Shown here piece after piece: positions 1-13,681 of a stretch of DNA of 64,000 bases. Position numbers and translations under genes: made by a program. Source of the DNA: Isurus oxyrinchus (taxonomy: Eukaryota); the NCBI GenBank assembly GCA_026770705.1, contig JANJGN010000018.1, positions 78,120,001-78,184,000 on the forward strand, read 5' to 3'. Below the pieces are notes generated by a model. That model made no database searches. It was not told the origin of the DNA and worked only from the letters and a program-made list of their open reading frames with translations. Position 1 is the stretch's first letter, and every line of letters starts with the position of its first letter.

Positions 1-428
1 TAAGCTTCATATTATTTATAAAGTACCATGACACTTAAAATTAATTTTTGTTTCTACTTCATAGCAAGATATTTAACACAGAAGAAGCCATAGGTTCCAC
101 AAACCATTCCATCCAATTGACCCCTTTCTTTCTGAGATCTTTTGTTATTCAATTGCAAAATTTAAAATCCATGAATCTATTTAGATATCAGGATCTTTTC
201 TATATTCATTATGAAACCCCTCCTGTTCAGCCACCTGCTGTGATAATTATTGCACATGTTGATCACTTCTGTAAGGAAATTCTGTGTAAATCTTTTATCT
301 TTAGTTTTCATCATGAATTTCTGCCATCTCGTTCTTTAGGCCCCTTCAGGAGGGAAAGGAGAAATGTAAAAAGTACATGCAAAGCATGAATGTTATTGCT
401 TTATACGGTTTTTTGAATGTTTCTCCAG

Positions 429-547
429 GACCAACGACTCACTTCGCCTTTGTCGTTTGCTTTGACTTCCGAACGCCAAGAACATGTACAGTTTGCATTA
501 AAAATTCTTTTTGAGGCAGCACCTTTGCCTGATTTTCCTGCTATAAC
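429..547 (+). CDS. CIP2A: CIP2A internal coding exon (first in window; gene starts upstream)
   Basis: ccag|GAC...AC|gtaagt, 119 nt. Reads [39 protein letters not shown], matching recalled human CIP2[39 protein letters not shown]. Confidence 0.93.
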
Positions 548-778
548 GTAAGTGTTCCAGGTGTTTGGTTTGCTTTTTCTGTTGGTTAATCAGAATGATA
601 AACATGACCATGCATCATCAGTTTGATAACCATTGTAAATCAATAAAAATACATATTGTAGACACTAATTACATTGTATAGGAAAACACCTCGGTTAAAA
701 TAATGGGACAGAGGAATGGCATACAAGCATGTTAAACATTTATTGGATATTACCGACAGTAATTATTAGACTACAACA

Positions 779-1000
779 AAAGCAAAATATTTCAGAAGCT
801 GGAAATCTGTAATAAAAATAATGCTGAAAATAATCAACAGATCAGGTGGTATCTTTGGGGAGAGAAAATGAGTTGCTTTTGCAGGTTGATGACCTTTTGA
901 TAGATGGAGGTCATTGATTTGGCATGGTCATTGACTTGAAATGTTAACACCCTTTCCACGGAAGTTGCTTGACATGCTAGGCATTTTCAGCATTTTTGTA
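779..1000. mobile_element. Old, decayed palindromic PLE-tail insertion
   Basis: Diverged minus-strand tail (AGCTGGAAATCTG...) followed by a plus-strand tail (GACTTGAAATGTTAAC...CAGCATTTTT). Confidence 0.6.
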
Positions 1001-1677
1001 ATTATAGGGTTTATGTTTTAACAATGTAACTTTTGCTGTCAGTATTGATGTCTTGTTGCTTTCAAATGAGTATGCCAACTTGTAAGAGCTGCATTCCTTT
1101 ACATAGCAAAACATGGGGATGAAATTTTGCTTAATCTGTTATGACACAAATTACACGCAAGAAATGTAATTTAGTTGCAACATCCGATAGCATTTAATGT
1201 GAGTCCTTGCAGCATCCCACAGTATCTATTCTGATTTCTGAACCCCAGGTGCACCACAGTTCTCACAGATTACCCAAAATGCCACCTATTGCACTAAATT
1301 GAGGTATGGGAAGAGCTTCTATAATTATGGTTTAGTGGTTTAATTAGCTGGAATTAATGATTTTAGGGTTGGGGTGCTTAAGTGCCATTGATAAATTATC
1401 CTTCTTAAAATACAATACAAAAACTGTTACAGAATGAATTACATCAGCATTACTTATTTCTCCCAATATATTTTCTTTTCAACGTTTTGGCTGGATTTAA
1501 AACTCTTTGTAGATTGAGTTTTGAAACTTTTATGTAGCAAATCATACATTTCACAGCTCTGTAACAAAAATTGTAGTGTCAATTCTCTCATGTATTATTC
1601 TGCCTGGGTATATGTTGCCCTGAATATAGGAAAGAGTGAGGAAAAATTTTACACTTGCGCTGCTTTGTTCCTTTCAG

Positions 1678-1858
1678 GCTTGGAGAAAACATTGCTGCCA
1701 ATAATGCATACAAACAGCAGAACACTGACCATGTAATGAAAAAAGTTCCTGTCCATCAGCATTCTGCAAGCTTTGTAACATCAAAATGTTCAAGTACAAC
1801 CAATGCTGCCAGATCCAATATTCATGAGTTGATTGATAAATTGCAATTAGGAATGGAG
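1678..1858 (+). CDS. CIP2A: CIP2A coding exon
   Basis: ttcag|G CTT...GAG|gtttgt, 181 nt, phase-compatible with the previous exon. LGENIAANNAYKQQ...IHELIDKLQLGME matches CIP2A LGESIAANNAYRQQ...IEELIEKLQSGM. Confidence 0.93.
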
Positions 1859-2009
1859 GTTTGTACTGTATGTTGATTGGCTTTACTGGTTATTTGTTTA
1901 TACATTGTAGTTTGCATTTAATCCTGTACTCACATCTAGTTGTTACTGGCACTTTTTCAGCAGGCACTAGAGAAACTATTGGACCAACAATGCATCTCAT
2001 TAATTTATT

Positions 2010-2455
2010 CTTAATATTCAGTCACGAGATATGGACATTGCTGGTGAGGCCAGCATTTATTACCCACCCCTAATTGCCCTTGAGAAGGTACTCCCACAGT
2101 GCTGTTTGGGAAGGAGTTTCAGAATTTTTAAGCAGCGATCGCAAAGGACCGCTAACATATTTCCAACTCAGGATGGTGTTTGACTTGGAAGTGCGGGTGT
2201 TCCCATGCTCCTGCTGTCTTTATCCTTCTTGTTAATTGAGGTTGCTTATTTGGGACGAAGAAATCTTGGTGAGGTGCAGCAGTGCATCTTGTAAATGGTG
2301 CACACTGTAACCATGTTGTACCAGAGGTGAAGGAAAGGAAGATTAAAGTTGGTGGATGGGGGTGCCAGGCAAGCAGGCTGCTTTGTCCAAATGGAACTTC
2401 TTGAATTTTGTTGGAGTTATGCACATCCAGGCAAGCGGAGAGTATTCCAATACAC
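2010..2455 (-). mobile_element. CR1/L2-superfamily LINE 3' end
   Basis: Same tail (GCCAGCATTTATT.CCCA.CCCTAATTGCCCTTGAGAAGG) as the copies at 6855 and 45686. Confidence 0.75.
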
Positions 2456-2541
2456 TGTGATAATGAGGGCCCTCAGGAGGAGGCAGAGATAGATTATCCA
2501 TTCACCTCTTATGATTGAAAATGATTGTGTATGTTTCAAAG

Positions 2542-4366
2542 AAAAAAACTGCGGTTGCTGGAAATCCAAAACAAAAATAAAAATACCTGGAAAAACTCAG
2601 CAGGTCTGACAAGCATCTGCGGAGGGGAATGCAGTTAACGTTTCGAGTCCATATGACTCTTCAACAGAACTAAGGAAAAATAGAAGAGAGGTGAAACATA
2701 AGTTGGTTTAAGTAGAGCTGGATAGAGGGCCGGTGATAGGTGGAGATTGCCAAAAGATGTCATAGACAAAAGGACAAAGAGGTGTTGATGGTGGTGATAT
2801 TAGCTAAGAAATGTGCTAATAGGTGACATTAAGGGTAGAAAGCAGGACAAGCAAGGTACAGATAGCCCAAGTGGAGCTGGGGTGGGGAGAAGGGATCGAA
2901 ATAGGCTAAAAGGTAGAGATAAAACAATGGATGGAAATATATTTAAAAATAATGGAAATAGGTGGGAAAAGAAAAATCTATATAAATTATTGGAAAAAAG
3001 GGGGATCGGAAAGGGGGTGGGGACGGAGGAGAGAGTTCATGATCTAAAGTTGTTGAACTCAATATTCAGTCCAGAAGCTATAAGGTGCCTAGTCAGCAGA
3101 TGAGGTGCTGTTTCTCCAGTTTGTGTTGAGCTTCACTGGAACATTGCAGCAGACCAAGGACGGACATGTGGGCATGAGAGCAGGGTGGAGTGTTGAAATG
3201 GCAAGCGACAGGGAGGTCTGGGTCATGCTTGCGGACAGACTGAAGGTGTTCCGCAAAGCGGTCACCCAGTCTGCGTTTGCTCTCTCCAATGTAGAGGAAA
3301 TGACATTGGGAGCAGCGAATGCAGTAGACTAAATTGAGGGAAGTGCAAGTGAAATGCTGCTTCACTTGAAAGGAGTGTTTGAGCCCTTGGATGGTGAGGA
3401 GAGGGGAAGTAAAGGGGCAGGTGTTGCACCTTCTGCGTTTGCATGGGACGGTGCTGTGGGAGGGGGTTGATGTGTAGGGGGTGATGGAGGAGTGGACCAG
3501 GGTGTCCCGGAGGGAACGTTCCCTGCGGAATGCTGCTGGGGGGGTGAAGGGAGGATGTGTTTGACGGTGGCATCATGATGGAGTTGGCGGAAATGGTGGA
3601 GGATGATCCTTTGAATGCAGAGGCTGATGGGGTGATAAGTGAGGACAAGGGGGACCCTATCATGGTTCTGGGAGGGAGAGGAAGGTGTGAGGGCAGATGT
3701 GCGGGAGATGGGCCAGACACAGTTGAGGGCCCTGTCAACCACTGGGTGGAAAACCTCAGTTAAGGAAGAAGGAGGACATGTCAGAGGAACTGTTTTGGAA
3801 AGTGGCATCATCAGAACAGATACGACGGAGGCGAAGGAACTAAGAGAATGGGATGGAGTCCTTATAGAAAGCAGGGTGTGAGGAGCTGTAGTCAAGGTAG
3901 CTGTGGGAGTCAGGAGGCTTGTAATGAATATTGGTGGACAGCCTGTCACCAGAAATTAAGACAGAGAGGTCAAGGAAGGGAAGGGAAGTGTTAGAGATGG
4001 ACCATGTGAAAATGATGGAGGGGTGGAAATTGGAAGCAAAGTTGATAAATTTTTCCAGGTCCAGGCGAGAGCATGAAGCAGCACCGAAGTAGTCATTGAT
4101 ATACCGGAGAAAGAGTTGTGGGAGGGGGCCGGAGTAGGACTGGAACAAGGAATGTCCCACCTACCCCATAAAGAGACAGGCACAACTGGGGCCCATGCGG
4201 GTACCCATAGCCACACCTTTTATTTGGAGGAAGTGAGAGGAGTTTAAAGAGAAATTGTTCAGTAAGAACACAAGTTCAGCCAGAGGGAGGAGAGTAGTGG
4301 TGGATGGGGATTGTTCGGGCCTCTTGTTCGAGGAAGAAGCAGAGAGCCCTCAGACCATCCCAATGG
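2542..4366 (-). mobile_element. 5'-truncated Penelope-like element in a CIP2A intron
   Basis: Frameshifted RT (LRYINDYF) and GIY-YIG (LVYCIRCSQCHFLYIGE) fragments collinear with the 51400 ORF; tail with hammerhead motif at 2633-2671. Confidence 0.92.
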
Positions 4367-5559
4367 CTCACAGCACATCGATACCCAGTTTTGATCTTCT
4401 AAATCTTTCCTATTTAGTAGTGCTGCAGAATCCTTAATGTAAAGATGGGACTTTGTCTCCAGAAGGCCTCTGTAGTGATTACTTCTATCAATACTGTTGT
4501 GGACAAATGCACCTGCGACAGATTAGTGAGGACAAGCTCAAGTATGGTTTTCTTTCATGTTGGTTTTCTCTTCACCTGCATCAGGCTCAATCTGGCAGCG
4601 ACATAGCTGGATCAGTCATGGTTCTAATATGCTACCACCCAAAATATAATCTGTGCCCTTGCTATCCCGGTGCTTCTTCCAACTGATAGTTGAGGGAAAG
4701 TAATAGCCAATAATCAGCAGGAAGTTTCCTTGCCCATGTTTGATCTGATGCCATGAGACTTTACTTCTGGAGTTAATGTTGAAGTCTTCCACAGCCAGTC
4801 CCCGCTGACTATACCATTCTGCCACTAGAGATTGAAATGAAGGAACCTGGGATGTTACTGGAGTTGCTGAAAGATATGAACCTGAGTATGAGTATAATTA
4901 TATCCAGCTGTTGATTCATTAGCTTGTAAGTCAGCTCTTCTAACTTTTAGCACAAGCCTCCAGATGATGTTGGGGATTTTAAATTCATATGGAATGTGGG
5001 TATTGCTGACAAGACTGTCATTTATTGGCTTTGACAAGGTGGTAGTCGTAAGCCATTTTGTTAAATATAACTGAGTGGTATCCTAATCCATTTCAGAAGC
5101 TAGCTAATAGTCAACTACATTGTGGGTCTGAACTCGTGTCTCCGGACCATTCCCCTGAACCTGTGGATTACTAGTCACCATGCTACCAAATCCCATGTTC
5201 AATCAATAGTAATAATCTAATTGAGGAAAATGGAGCAATATAAAATGGGCTACAGTGACCGAATCTCATTAAGAAACTGAGTTATCAGAATTGTGTGGAA
5301 AAAGTGAAGGTTCTTTTTTTAATTGCAATAGTTTCCTGAAATTGTACGTATTGAAAGCTGGCCTCCTAAGCACAAGTGTTGAACTTTAATCTGTCATTTG
5401 GTCATATGTTTGAATTCCACAAATATTTTTATCGTCAGCTGTTTAATGTAAGCAATAAATACCTGTAAAAATATTTATTTTTTAGTTTTCTGCTGAGCGT
5501 TCTTTATTGACTTTGTTTTTATTTAGCTACTTAACAATACATTTAATATCTTTTCATAG

Positions 5560-5634
5560 CTGAAGGAACAAGTCAAGGATGTGAGGCTGTCAGATGTGAT
5601 GGATGTATATGAGCAGAAGCTTTCATCTCTTGCT
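5560..5634 (+). CDS. CIP2A: CIP2A coding exon
   Basis: catag|CTG...GCT|gtaagt, 75 nt; LKEQVKDVRLSDVMDVYEQKLSSLA. Confidence 0.94.
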
Positions 5635-6244
5635 GTAAGTAGCAGTTGAAATTGATGACATAATCTTTTTAAACTGGCGACATTGAAAATTGTTAAAACG
5701 AAAATTCCATGTGCCACATTTTATAGGAATAGTGATCACGTTATTACATTAATGAATCTCTCTTTAAGTTGAAAACAATAAAGAAATACAGGGAACATTT
5801 TAAAAATTTTCCCTCGGTTGATTTCAGTGCAGTTTCTTTTGCAACTGAGTGTGAATAATATGATAATGCATTAGTATCTTTGCTGAATGTTTTGTGACAA
5901 CAGAAGTCCAGAATGGTGGTGGGATTGTTGAGCTATTCTTCAGTTAGTCCGATATAGCAGTTGCACAGTAGTAGTGGATAGCATAAGCTACATTTTCTAA
6001 TCCCTTCAAGTTTAAAGTAAAATTCTTTATTGTAGTGTAACAGTTTTGAATTCAGCTTAATAATCTACCTCCACTGCACATATCTATGTCACGTCTGATG
6101 GTTTAGTGTTCCTTCACCAGTATGAAAAGCAATATACATAAAGTTGTAAAGAGCTTTATAACTGTAGAAAAAAATGTATGAAGTTGTAATCTTAGCTCCT
6201 TAGTGTCTTATAAACATGTTTTTGTGTAGCTCACTAGATTTTTG

Positions 6245-6445
6245 AACGTTTATTTGCATATAGCACCTTGAACACAGTGAAATGCACTTCACAGATGTGT
6301 TAGCAGCCAAAATTTGACACTGGGCCACGTCAGAAAATAGGCATGGATCAAAACCTTGGTCAAAGATATAAGCTTTAAGGAATGTCTTAAAAGAGGAGAA
6401 AAATAGGCGGAGAGATTTAGAGAGGGGATTCCAGAGCATAATGCT
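6245..6445 (-). mobile_element. L2-like LINE 3' end
   Basis: LWNPLSKSLR..SSFKTFLKAYIF resembles the L2 ORF2 C-terminus. Confidence 0.65.
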
Positions 6446-6724
6446 AAGATAGAGATGTAATGTTGACTGTAATGCTATTATATTTTATAGTTATACTATT
6501 TTGAGAAAGTGATGGAAAAGAGGATCTTTTTTATTATCTAGATTTAAAACTGCTGCAATTTCTAAAATCTAGTAAATGGTTTAATTGTGATACTGGCTAA
6601 CTACAAAGTGGAGACCAAACCAGATCTTTCTGTAGAGGCTAAAAGGGATGACTCACATGTACAATCAAATGCAATATGTACTAGAGTATAAAACTGCTTC
6701 AGAATAGACATGAAAGCAATTGGA

Positions 6725-7425
6725 AAGAACATAGGAGCAAGAGTAGGCCATTCTTCCTCTCAAACTGTTCTGCCATTCAATTAGACACTGGCTGATATGT
6801 ACCTGAACTCCCCTTTACCTGCCTATGTTCCATATCCTTTTAATAATTTGTTTTTATTCATTCGTGGGGTGTGGGTGTCGCTGGCTAGACCAGCATTTAT
6901 TGCCCATCCCTAATTGCCCTTGAGAAGGTGGTGGTGGTGAACTGCCTTCTTGAACTGCTGCAGTCCATGTGGCATAGGTACACTCAGTGCTGTTAGGAAG
7001 GGAGTTCCAGGATTTTGACAGTAAAGGAACGTCGATATATTTCCAAGTCAAGGATGGTGAGTGGCTTGGAGGGGAACTTCCGGGTGGTGGTGTTCCCATG
7101 TGTCTGCTGCCTTTGTCCTTTTAGATGATAGTGGTCGTGGGTTTGGAAGGTGATGTTTAAGGAGGCTTGGTGAGTATCCAACAATGCTCTATCAACCTCA
7201 ATTTCAAATTTCAATTACCTAGTAACCACAGCCTTTTGAGATGGGGGAAAGAAATATTTCCACAAACCTTCGTGTGAAACAATGCACCCAGATTTCAGTC
7301 CTAAATGGCCTAGCTTTAATTTTAAGATTAGGCTCTCTTGTGGGTGTCCGTCCGTCTCCCCCCCCCCCCCCACCAGGTGAAATAGTTTCTCTATCCATTC
7401 TATGTCTCTTAATCATTTTAAGTAC
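6725..7425 (-). mobile_element. CR1 3' fragment interrupted by a second LINE 3' end (about 6850-7180)
   Basis: GAGTAGGCCATTC tail; inner piece encodes SKSWNSLPNST; outer piece continues MDRE..ARPFRTEI. Confidence 0.75.
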
Positions 7426-9253
7426 AGTCCCCATCGCTTAGAGTGAGCGAGTTTGTATGACGGCAGATTGACCACAAATATGGTAGCCAATGTAACCTAT
7501 GACAGAAGTCCTGAAGGTGGCAGGCAACACTAGGACAGTTAACTCCCGACATTAATCGTGATCAGATATATCCGTGCATGTTAGTATATTCAAAGACATT
7601 TTGTAAACATCATTTGTGTAACTTTAACACAGGTTTCAGCAACAATTTTTAGTTTGCTATTGGCCTGCTGGTTCTACTCTTACAATTGTAGCAATGGTGC
7701 ATTTTCTGGTGACGTTTTTAAACGTAGTTAATGTAACATTAATTATTCTTGGTGAAAGTTTATTCTGCATATGAACACCTGTCTGGCAAAAATGGACAAT
7801 GTCAGTGGTAAGGACAGTATCTTTTTTACATTCACCAACCACCCCTCTGCTGTCAACCGTTTAAGCTCAAGGGAAGGGTTTCTACAAAACGGTTCCAGAG
7901 ATGCAAAGTAAAAATTTCAATTGCTGCCAGTTTCAGAAAAGATGGGCAATGAAGAAGGATTGTGCGCAAAAAAAAAAGTTGAAAGGTTATAAATTTAGCA
8001 ACGTAATTGGAAGTAATGGCATAATGATCTTCATTAATCAGAAAATAAGATAGCAATGCAGACTGACTTGGGAGGAGAGAAGGAAGATGAGGGGGAAAAA
8101 ATTGCCTTATTATAAAAATTGTCATTTGCTAGTACAGAATTTGAGTGTTGCTGAAAAATCAGACGTCTAAACTTTTCATCTTGCAGTCATCAGGATGCTT
8201 TGCAAGAATACCAATATAGGGGGAAAACAATTTATGCTGCATGTGAAGGGAGTTCTTTGTCATCTCTGATTCCCCTTAAAATTCAAACAACCTCTCAACT
8301 TATCTAAAAATGCAGATGCTAGACCTAACCTATTTACTTGTACCTCAAACCTAACACTTTTAACCTTTTCATGTTTCCAAACACAGACATCCTGACTCCT
8401 ATCAATCCCTTGCCCAGCTTAATTAAATCGTACACTGAGATCCAGCCTTTTTTACAGAATATCATAATATTCCCCAAAATACCTTTTTTTAAAAACATCC
8501 ATTCTCATACTGATGTAACCCAGTCGGAACCATCCGAAGTTTGCTTTTTAATTAGCATTTTGCCATACAAACCTTACTTGGGAACTTCCAAAGGGAATTC
8601 CCCAGCGCATCTTTGGGTACCTCCCTAATATGACATCCTGGAGCTCGGAAGTTATGGCCTCATGCAGACAGGATTTCTTCACACAAACCTAACGTTTTGG
8701 GGGTTTTGCCCTTCCACTATTACATATACAATTCCATTTTTTGTGTTGTGGGTGCAAATACTTTAAATTTATTCATTTTCCTTTTAAGCTTCCTTGGTTG
8801 AGACTATGACAGCTGAGAGATATGAAGTAGTTGAGGAAATATCTTCTTTTCTTTTGACTGTTTGATGTTTTACGTGGTGTAGCAAACATTTTTAACTTGA
8901 GGGGTTAGTTTTAGATAAGGTTGCTCTCCCTTTTTTCTGCAATCCCTTTCTTTTGCTTAGTCTCATACTTCTGCACGTATGTCAGTGGGATGCATCCAAG
9001 GCCATTTATGTCTCCTGTGTCTGTCACATTGCTAGGAATTGTCAAGGTTCATGTAGAGGTGGCACTCCCTCATTTATTCCTTTGCATGCCTCCACTCATT
9101 GATACAATGGCACATGAACAGAGTGGGGCTTTAACCATCCTTACTTCATTGGATTTCTCCATTTTACAATACCACAGACTCTCTTTTTGAAATATTTCAA
9201 TATTAACATAATCTTTAGCATGAATATAATTGAAGTTTAACTCTTTTGTTTAG

Positions 9254-9364
9254 TCTAAAGAAAACCGTTTACAGGACCTATTGGAAGCCAAGGCACTGGC
9301 CCTAGCACAGGCTGATCGTTTGATTGCCCAGTACCGTTGTCAGAGAGCCCATGCAGAAGCAGAG
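9254..9364 (+). CDS. CIP2A: CIP2A coding exon
   Basis: tttag|TCT...GAG|gtattt, 111 nt; [37 protein letters not shown], near-identical to the recalled human segment. Confidence 0.96.
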
Positions 9365-10012
9365 GTATTTTGAATATACCATGAGATAGATCATTTTAAA
9401 AGTTACTGCCTTCTCTTAATTCAGTCTTTTAAGTCAACTAATCTTTTTATTTGCTGCATTATATAAATTAGTTAATTCAATTTATAAGAATGCAATTTTT
9501 TTTAGTACAAAGTAGTATTGTCAATGGTAGACCAACACTCTAGGCTGTAAAATTCTGGTTATGCGGATCTTCAAAATGTGGCAGAGTAAGGTACAGTTGG
9601 ACTTTTTTATCATACTAATTTCTATTATATATAATGTAAAAAAGCTGTTATCAAATGCAAAGTGTCAGTAGACTGGAAATCTATTTTGCAGCTGCGATTC
9701 TTTTATTCTATGGAAATGAAGGATAGTAATCAATTATGGTTAAATATTTTCGAGTACTTTGTGATTAAACAAAATTGCATGCGGTTTGTCAATAACTTGG
9801 TGAAAACTGCACTGCTTCTGAGTTATCCAGTCATTATGGCTGTAAGAATGTTAGAAACTACAGTAAATCATATAGTTCCTTTTCATTTTGCTAATTTTGA
9901 AATTCTCATCAGGGGAATCTCAAATCAACTGTTGTTCACTGTTCTTCCTAGTTATTAACCGAACCAATTCAAACACATGCATCTTAATTGGCCAATTGTT
10001 CTGGGGTTTTGG

Positions 10013-12318
10013 GGTCTCCAATGTAGAGGAGGCCACATTGGGAGCAGCGAATGCAGTAGATCAAATTGAAGGAGGTGCAAGTGAAGTGCTGATTCACCTG
10101 AAAGGAATGTTTGGACCCTTGGGCAGTGAGAAGGGAGGAGGGTAAAGGGGCAGGTGTTATACCTTCTGCAACTGCATGGGAAGGTGCCGTGGGAGGAGGA
10201 TGAGGTGCTGGGGTGATGGAAGAGTGGACCAGGGTGTCCCGGAGAGAACGATCCCTACGGAATGCCGACCGGGAAGGTGAGGGGGAGATGTGTTTGGTGG
10301 TGGCATCATGCTGGAGTTGGTGGAGGACGATCCTTTGAATGTGGAGGCTGGTGAGGTGAAAAGTGAGGACAAGGGGTCCTTATCATTGTTCTGGGAGGGA
10401 GAGGAAGGTGTGAGGGCAGAGGCATGGGAGATGGGTCAGACGTGGTTGAGGGCCCTGTCAACAACAGGGGTGGGAACCCTCGGTTAAAGAAGAAGGAAGA
10501 CATGTCAGAAGTGCTAGTTTGGAAAGTGGCATCATCGGAACAGATGCAACGGAGGTGAAGGAACTGAAAGAATGGGATGCAGTCCTTACAGGAAGCAGGG
10601 TGTGAGGAGCTGTAGTCGAGGTAGCTGTGGGTGTCGGTGGGATTGTAGTGAATATTGGTGGACAGTCTATCACCAGAAATTGAGGCAGAGAGGTCAAGGA
10701 AGGGAAGGGAAGTGTCGGAGATGGACCATGTGAAGATGATAGAGGGGTGGCAATTGGAAGCAAAATTGATAAAAAATTTTTCCAGGTCCAGATGAGAGCA
10801 TGAAGCAGCACCGAAACAGTCATCGATGAACCAAAAAAAGAGTTGTGGGAGGGGGCCTGAGTAGGACTGGAACAAGGAATGTTCCACATACCCCATAAAG
10901 AGACAGGTGTAACTGGGGCCCATGTGCCCCAGCCATACCTTTTTATTTGGAGGAAGTGAGTCAAGTTTAAGGAGAAATTGTTCAGTGAGAACACAAGTTC
11001 AGCCAGACGGAGGAGAGTGGTGGTGGGATAGGGGTTGTTCGGGCCTCTGTTCAAGGAAGAAGCGGAGCGCCCTTAGACCATCCTGATGGGGGTTGGAAGT
11101 ATAGAGGGATTAGAAAGGAGGCGGTTAGGGCCAGGGGATTTTGTCCTTTGCCCCCACCTATTGCTGGCCTTCTATCCAGCTTCACCTGCTCCAACACCCT
11201 TAAACAGTATAAATTGCATCACATTTTTACTTCGGTTTAACTTTGAAGAAGAGTCATACAGACACAAAACGTTAACTCTGTTTTTCTCTCTGCAAATGCC
11301 GTTAGACCTGTTGAATTTTTCCAGCATTTTCTGTTTTTGTTTCAGATTTCCAGCATCCGCAGCATTTTCCTTTTATCTTCCTGGAAAATATTCAGTTGGC
11401 ATTCTAGTATGCTTTTCTATCTCACAAAGGTTACAAATCCTAATATGGTTCCAATTAAAACTGGCTCAACTCAAAACTCCAGACCAATTAAAATGCACAT
11501 GTTTGAATTGATAAGGTTAATAACTAGGAAGAACAGTGAACAACAGTTGATGTGAGAGATTCGTCTCCTGATGAAATGGCAAGCAACAAGTAGGTCTGGA
11601 TCTCACTCGCCATTTCAACACACTGGAGGAACAGCAACTCATCTTCTGATTAGGCATCTTACAGCCTTCTGGACTTAACACTTGAGTTTAACAACTTCAG
11701 ACCATGAGCTCTCTCCTCTATCCCCACCCCCTTCTTTACCCCTTTTTAATTTTTATTTTTATCCACTTTTTAATTTTTTTATTTTCATTTTTATTCATTT
11801 ATACAATGTTTTATCCCCACCTTTTATCCTATTTTCGATCTTTTATCCCACCACCCCTCCACTCCACAAGGGCCATCTGTTACTTGTTCTTTTCAGGGTG
11901 CTTACCCATGTCCCTGCTGTTATCACATTCTGCTTTCTTACCTTAATGCCACTATCAGCACCTCATTTAGCCCTTACCAGTACCATTAACACCCACTTTG
12001 TCCTTTTTGTTCATGACATCTTTGTCAATCTCTCCTTTGCCCCTACCTATCACCAGCCTTCTATCCAGCTTCACCTGCTCCACCCACCCTGTCCTCTTGT
12101 TCATGACATCTTTGTCAATCTCTCCTTTGCCCCCACCTATCACTGGCCTTCTATCCAGCTTCACCTGCTCCACCCCACATAAACAGTATAAATTGCATCA
12201 CATTTTTGTTTCTCTTTCGCTCTGAAGAAGAGTCTTATGGACTCGGAATGTTAACTCTGTTTTTCTCACCACAGATTCAGTTAGACCTGAGATTTTCCAG
12301 CATTTTATGTATTTGTTG
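10013..12318. mobile_element. Rearranged Penelope-like element (RT on -, tails on +)
   Basis: 10013-11110 minus-strand RT/linker (MGPSYTCLFM, WFIDD); plus-strand tails at about 11140-11378 and 11606-12318. Confidence 0.88.
12007..12178 (+). repeat. Tandem duplication, 90-bp period, inside a PLE tail
   Basis: TTGTTCATGACATCTTTGTCAATCTCTCC...TCACCTGCTCCACCC begins at both 12007 and 12097. Confidence 0.9.
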
Positions 12319-12676
12319 TTGAGTATTTTCCAGAATAGATTAAAATAGCCCCTGTATGCTGTTCCTTAGAAATATCATCTCCAAACATGGCGCCAACTTT
12401 CACATACATTGATAGTGAACCCTGCTACCACCATAGACACCAAGACCGCTATAGCAGCAGTGTTAGATTGCCTGTCTAATATCACTTGTCACTCTGCACT
12501 TATTGCACCAGTGATGTCTAGTGGTTAGTGCAAATCAGATGTGTATACTCCAACAATATTTAATGTCTCAAGTATTGGATTTTCTAATTGTTTTCTAATT
12601 TGTGTGGTATTACCTTCTCTACATTCATTCTGAATTGTTCCATTTTATAAATCATTTGGCATATTTTGAGTTGTAG

Positions 12677-12873
12677 GCACGACAGTTAGCTTCACTTTTA
12701 ATGGATGCAGAGAGAAAAAATGAAGAACTTGATGGAGTGCTGAAGACACAACTGTTGGAATCTGACCGTGCCAAGGCTGATATTGAGGAGCTTTATCAGC
12801 ACAATTGTAAATTACAGGCCATTTCTGAAGAACATGAATCTTTAAAAGTTACTTCAAAAAGTCTTGCTCAAAA
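12677..12873 (+). CDS. CIP2A: CIP2A coding exon (coiled coil)
   Basis: tgtag|GCA...AA|gtaagg, 197 nt; [18 protein letters not shown]...[16 protein letters not shown]. Confidence 0.94.
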
Positions 12874-13325
12874 GTAAGGTTGAGTGATATCTGCTCATTT
12901 TTTGGTGCAGTTTTCCTTCTTGTTATTTCAAAAAATGAACTACAGTGGCATCAGGATTCATGTACAACAGCTAAAGAATTGATTTTGTGTATGACATAGA
13001 GCAATAGTTCTACCAGTTTTGTGCCATCATGTGGAAGGCCCCGTATTTGCCTATAAGAATTTCAAAATGGCATTAATGGATGCGTGGAGTAGTACACAAG
13101 GGAAAAGAACTTGAGACACTGAGGAGATTGTAGGAGAGGAGAAAATGTAACTTTATGGGAGTGGGCTGAATGAACCGCGATGTATGGCAATCCACAGGAG
13201 TATAATTATACTTGCGGAACTTTTTTTTTATAGGTTACATAAATTGTATTTTTCACTGTATAACTTCTTGAAAGTGTAATCCATAAATCCAGTTTCAGAT
13301 TTGCATATTGACACAATCTTTTTAG

Positions 13326-13439
13326 CCTTGAGACAGTCGAAAGGCAACTTGAAGAACTTCAGATTGAACACAATTCCTTAAGCAAACAAAGTGAATTGTT
13401 CAAAAAGCAAATTGACTCCCTTAAACAACAGAATGATAG
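13326..13439 (+). CDS. CIP2A: CIP2A coding exon (coiled coil)
   Basis: tttag|C CTT...AG|gtaagt, 114 nt, phase 2-2; LETVERQLEELQIEHNSLSKQSELFKKQIDSLKQQND. Confidence 0.92.
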
Positions 13440-13598
13440 GTAAGTCCATCTCCTATTAGATTAGATTATCTGTGATTAGATGTAATATTTATAGATTCTA
13501 AGCCAGTCAGGATGGCTTGAAGTCATATGTTTGTCAAGTGGAATTTTTTTTAAAGAAACAGTAAAATATCTTGTCTTTGCTTTCTTTTTGAATCTTAG

Positions 13599-13681
13599 AT
13601 GCCTTGATCAGTTGGCAGAGATGGAAGCGCAGAAAAATGATTTGTGCATTCAGTTACAGGAAAAGGACAATAAATTATTGG
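13599..13681 (+). CDS. CIP2A: CIP2A coding exon (coiled coil)
   Basis: cttag|A TGC...G|gtatgt, 83 nt, phase 2-1; CLDQLAEMEAQKNDLCIQLQEKDNKLL. Confidence 0.9.
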
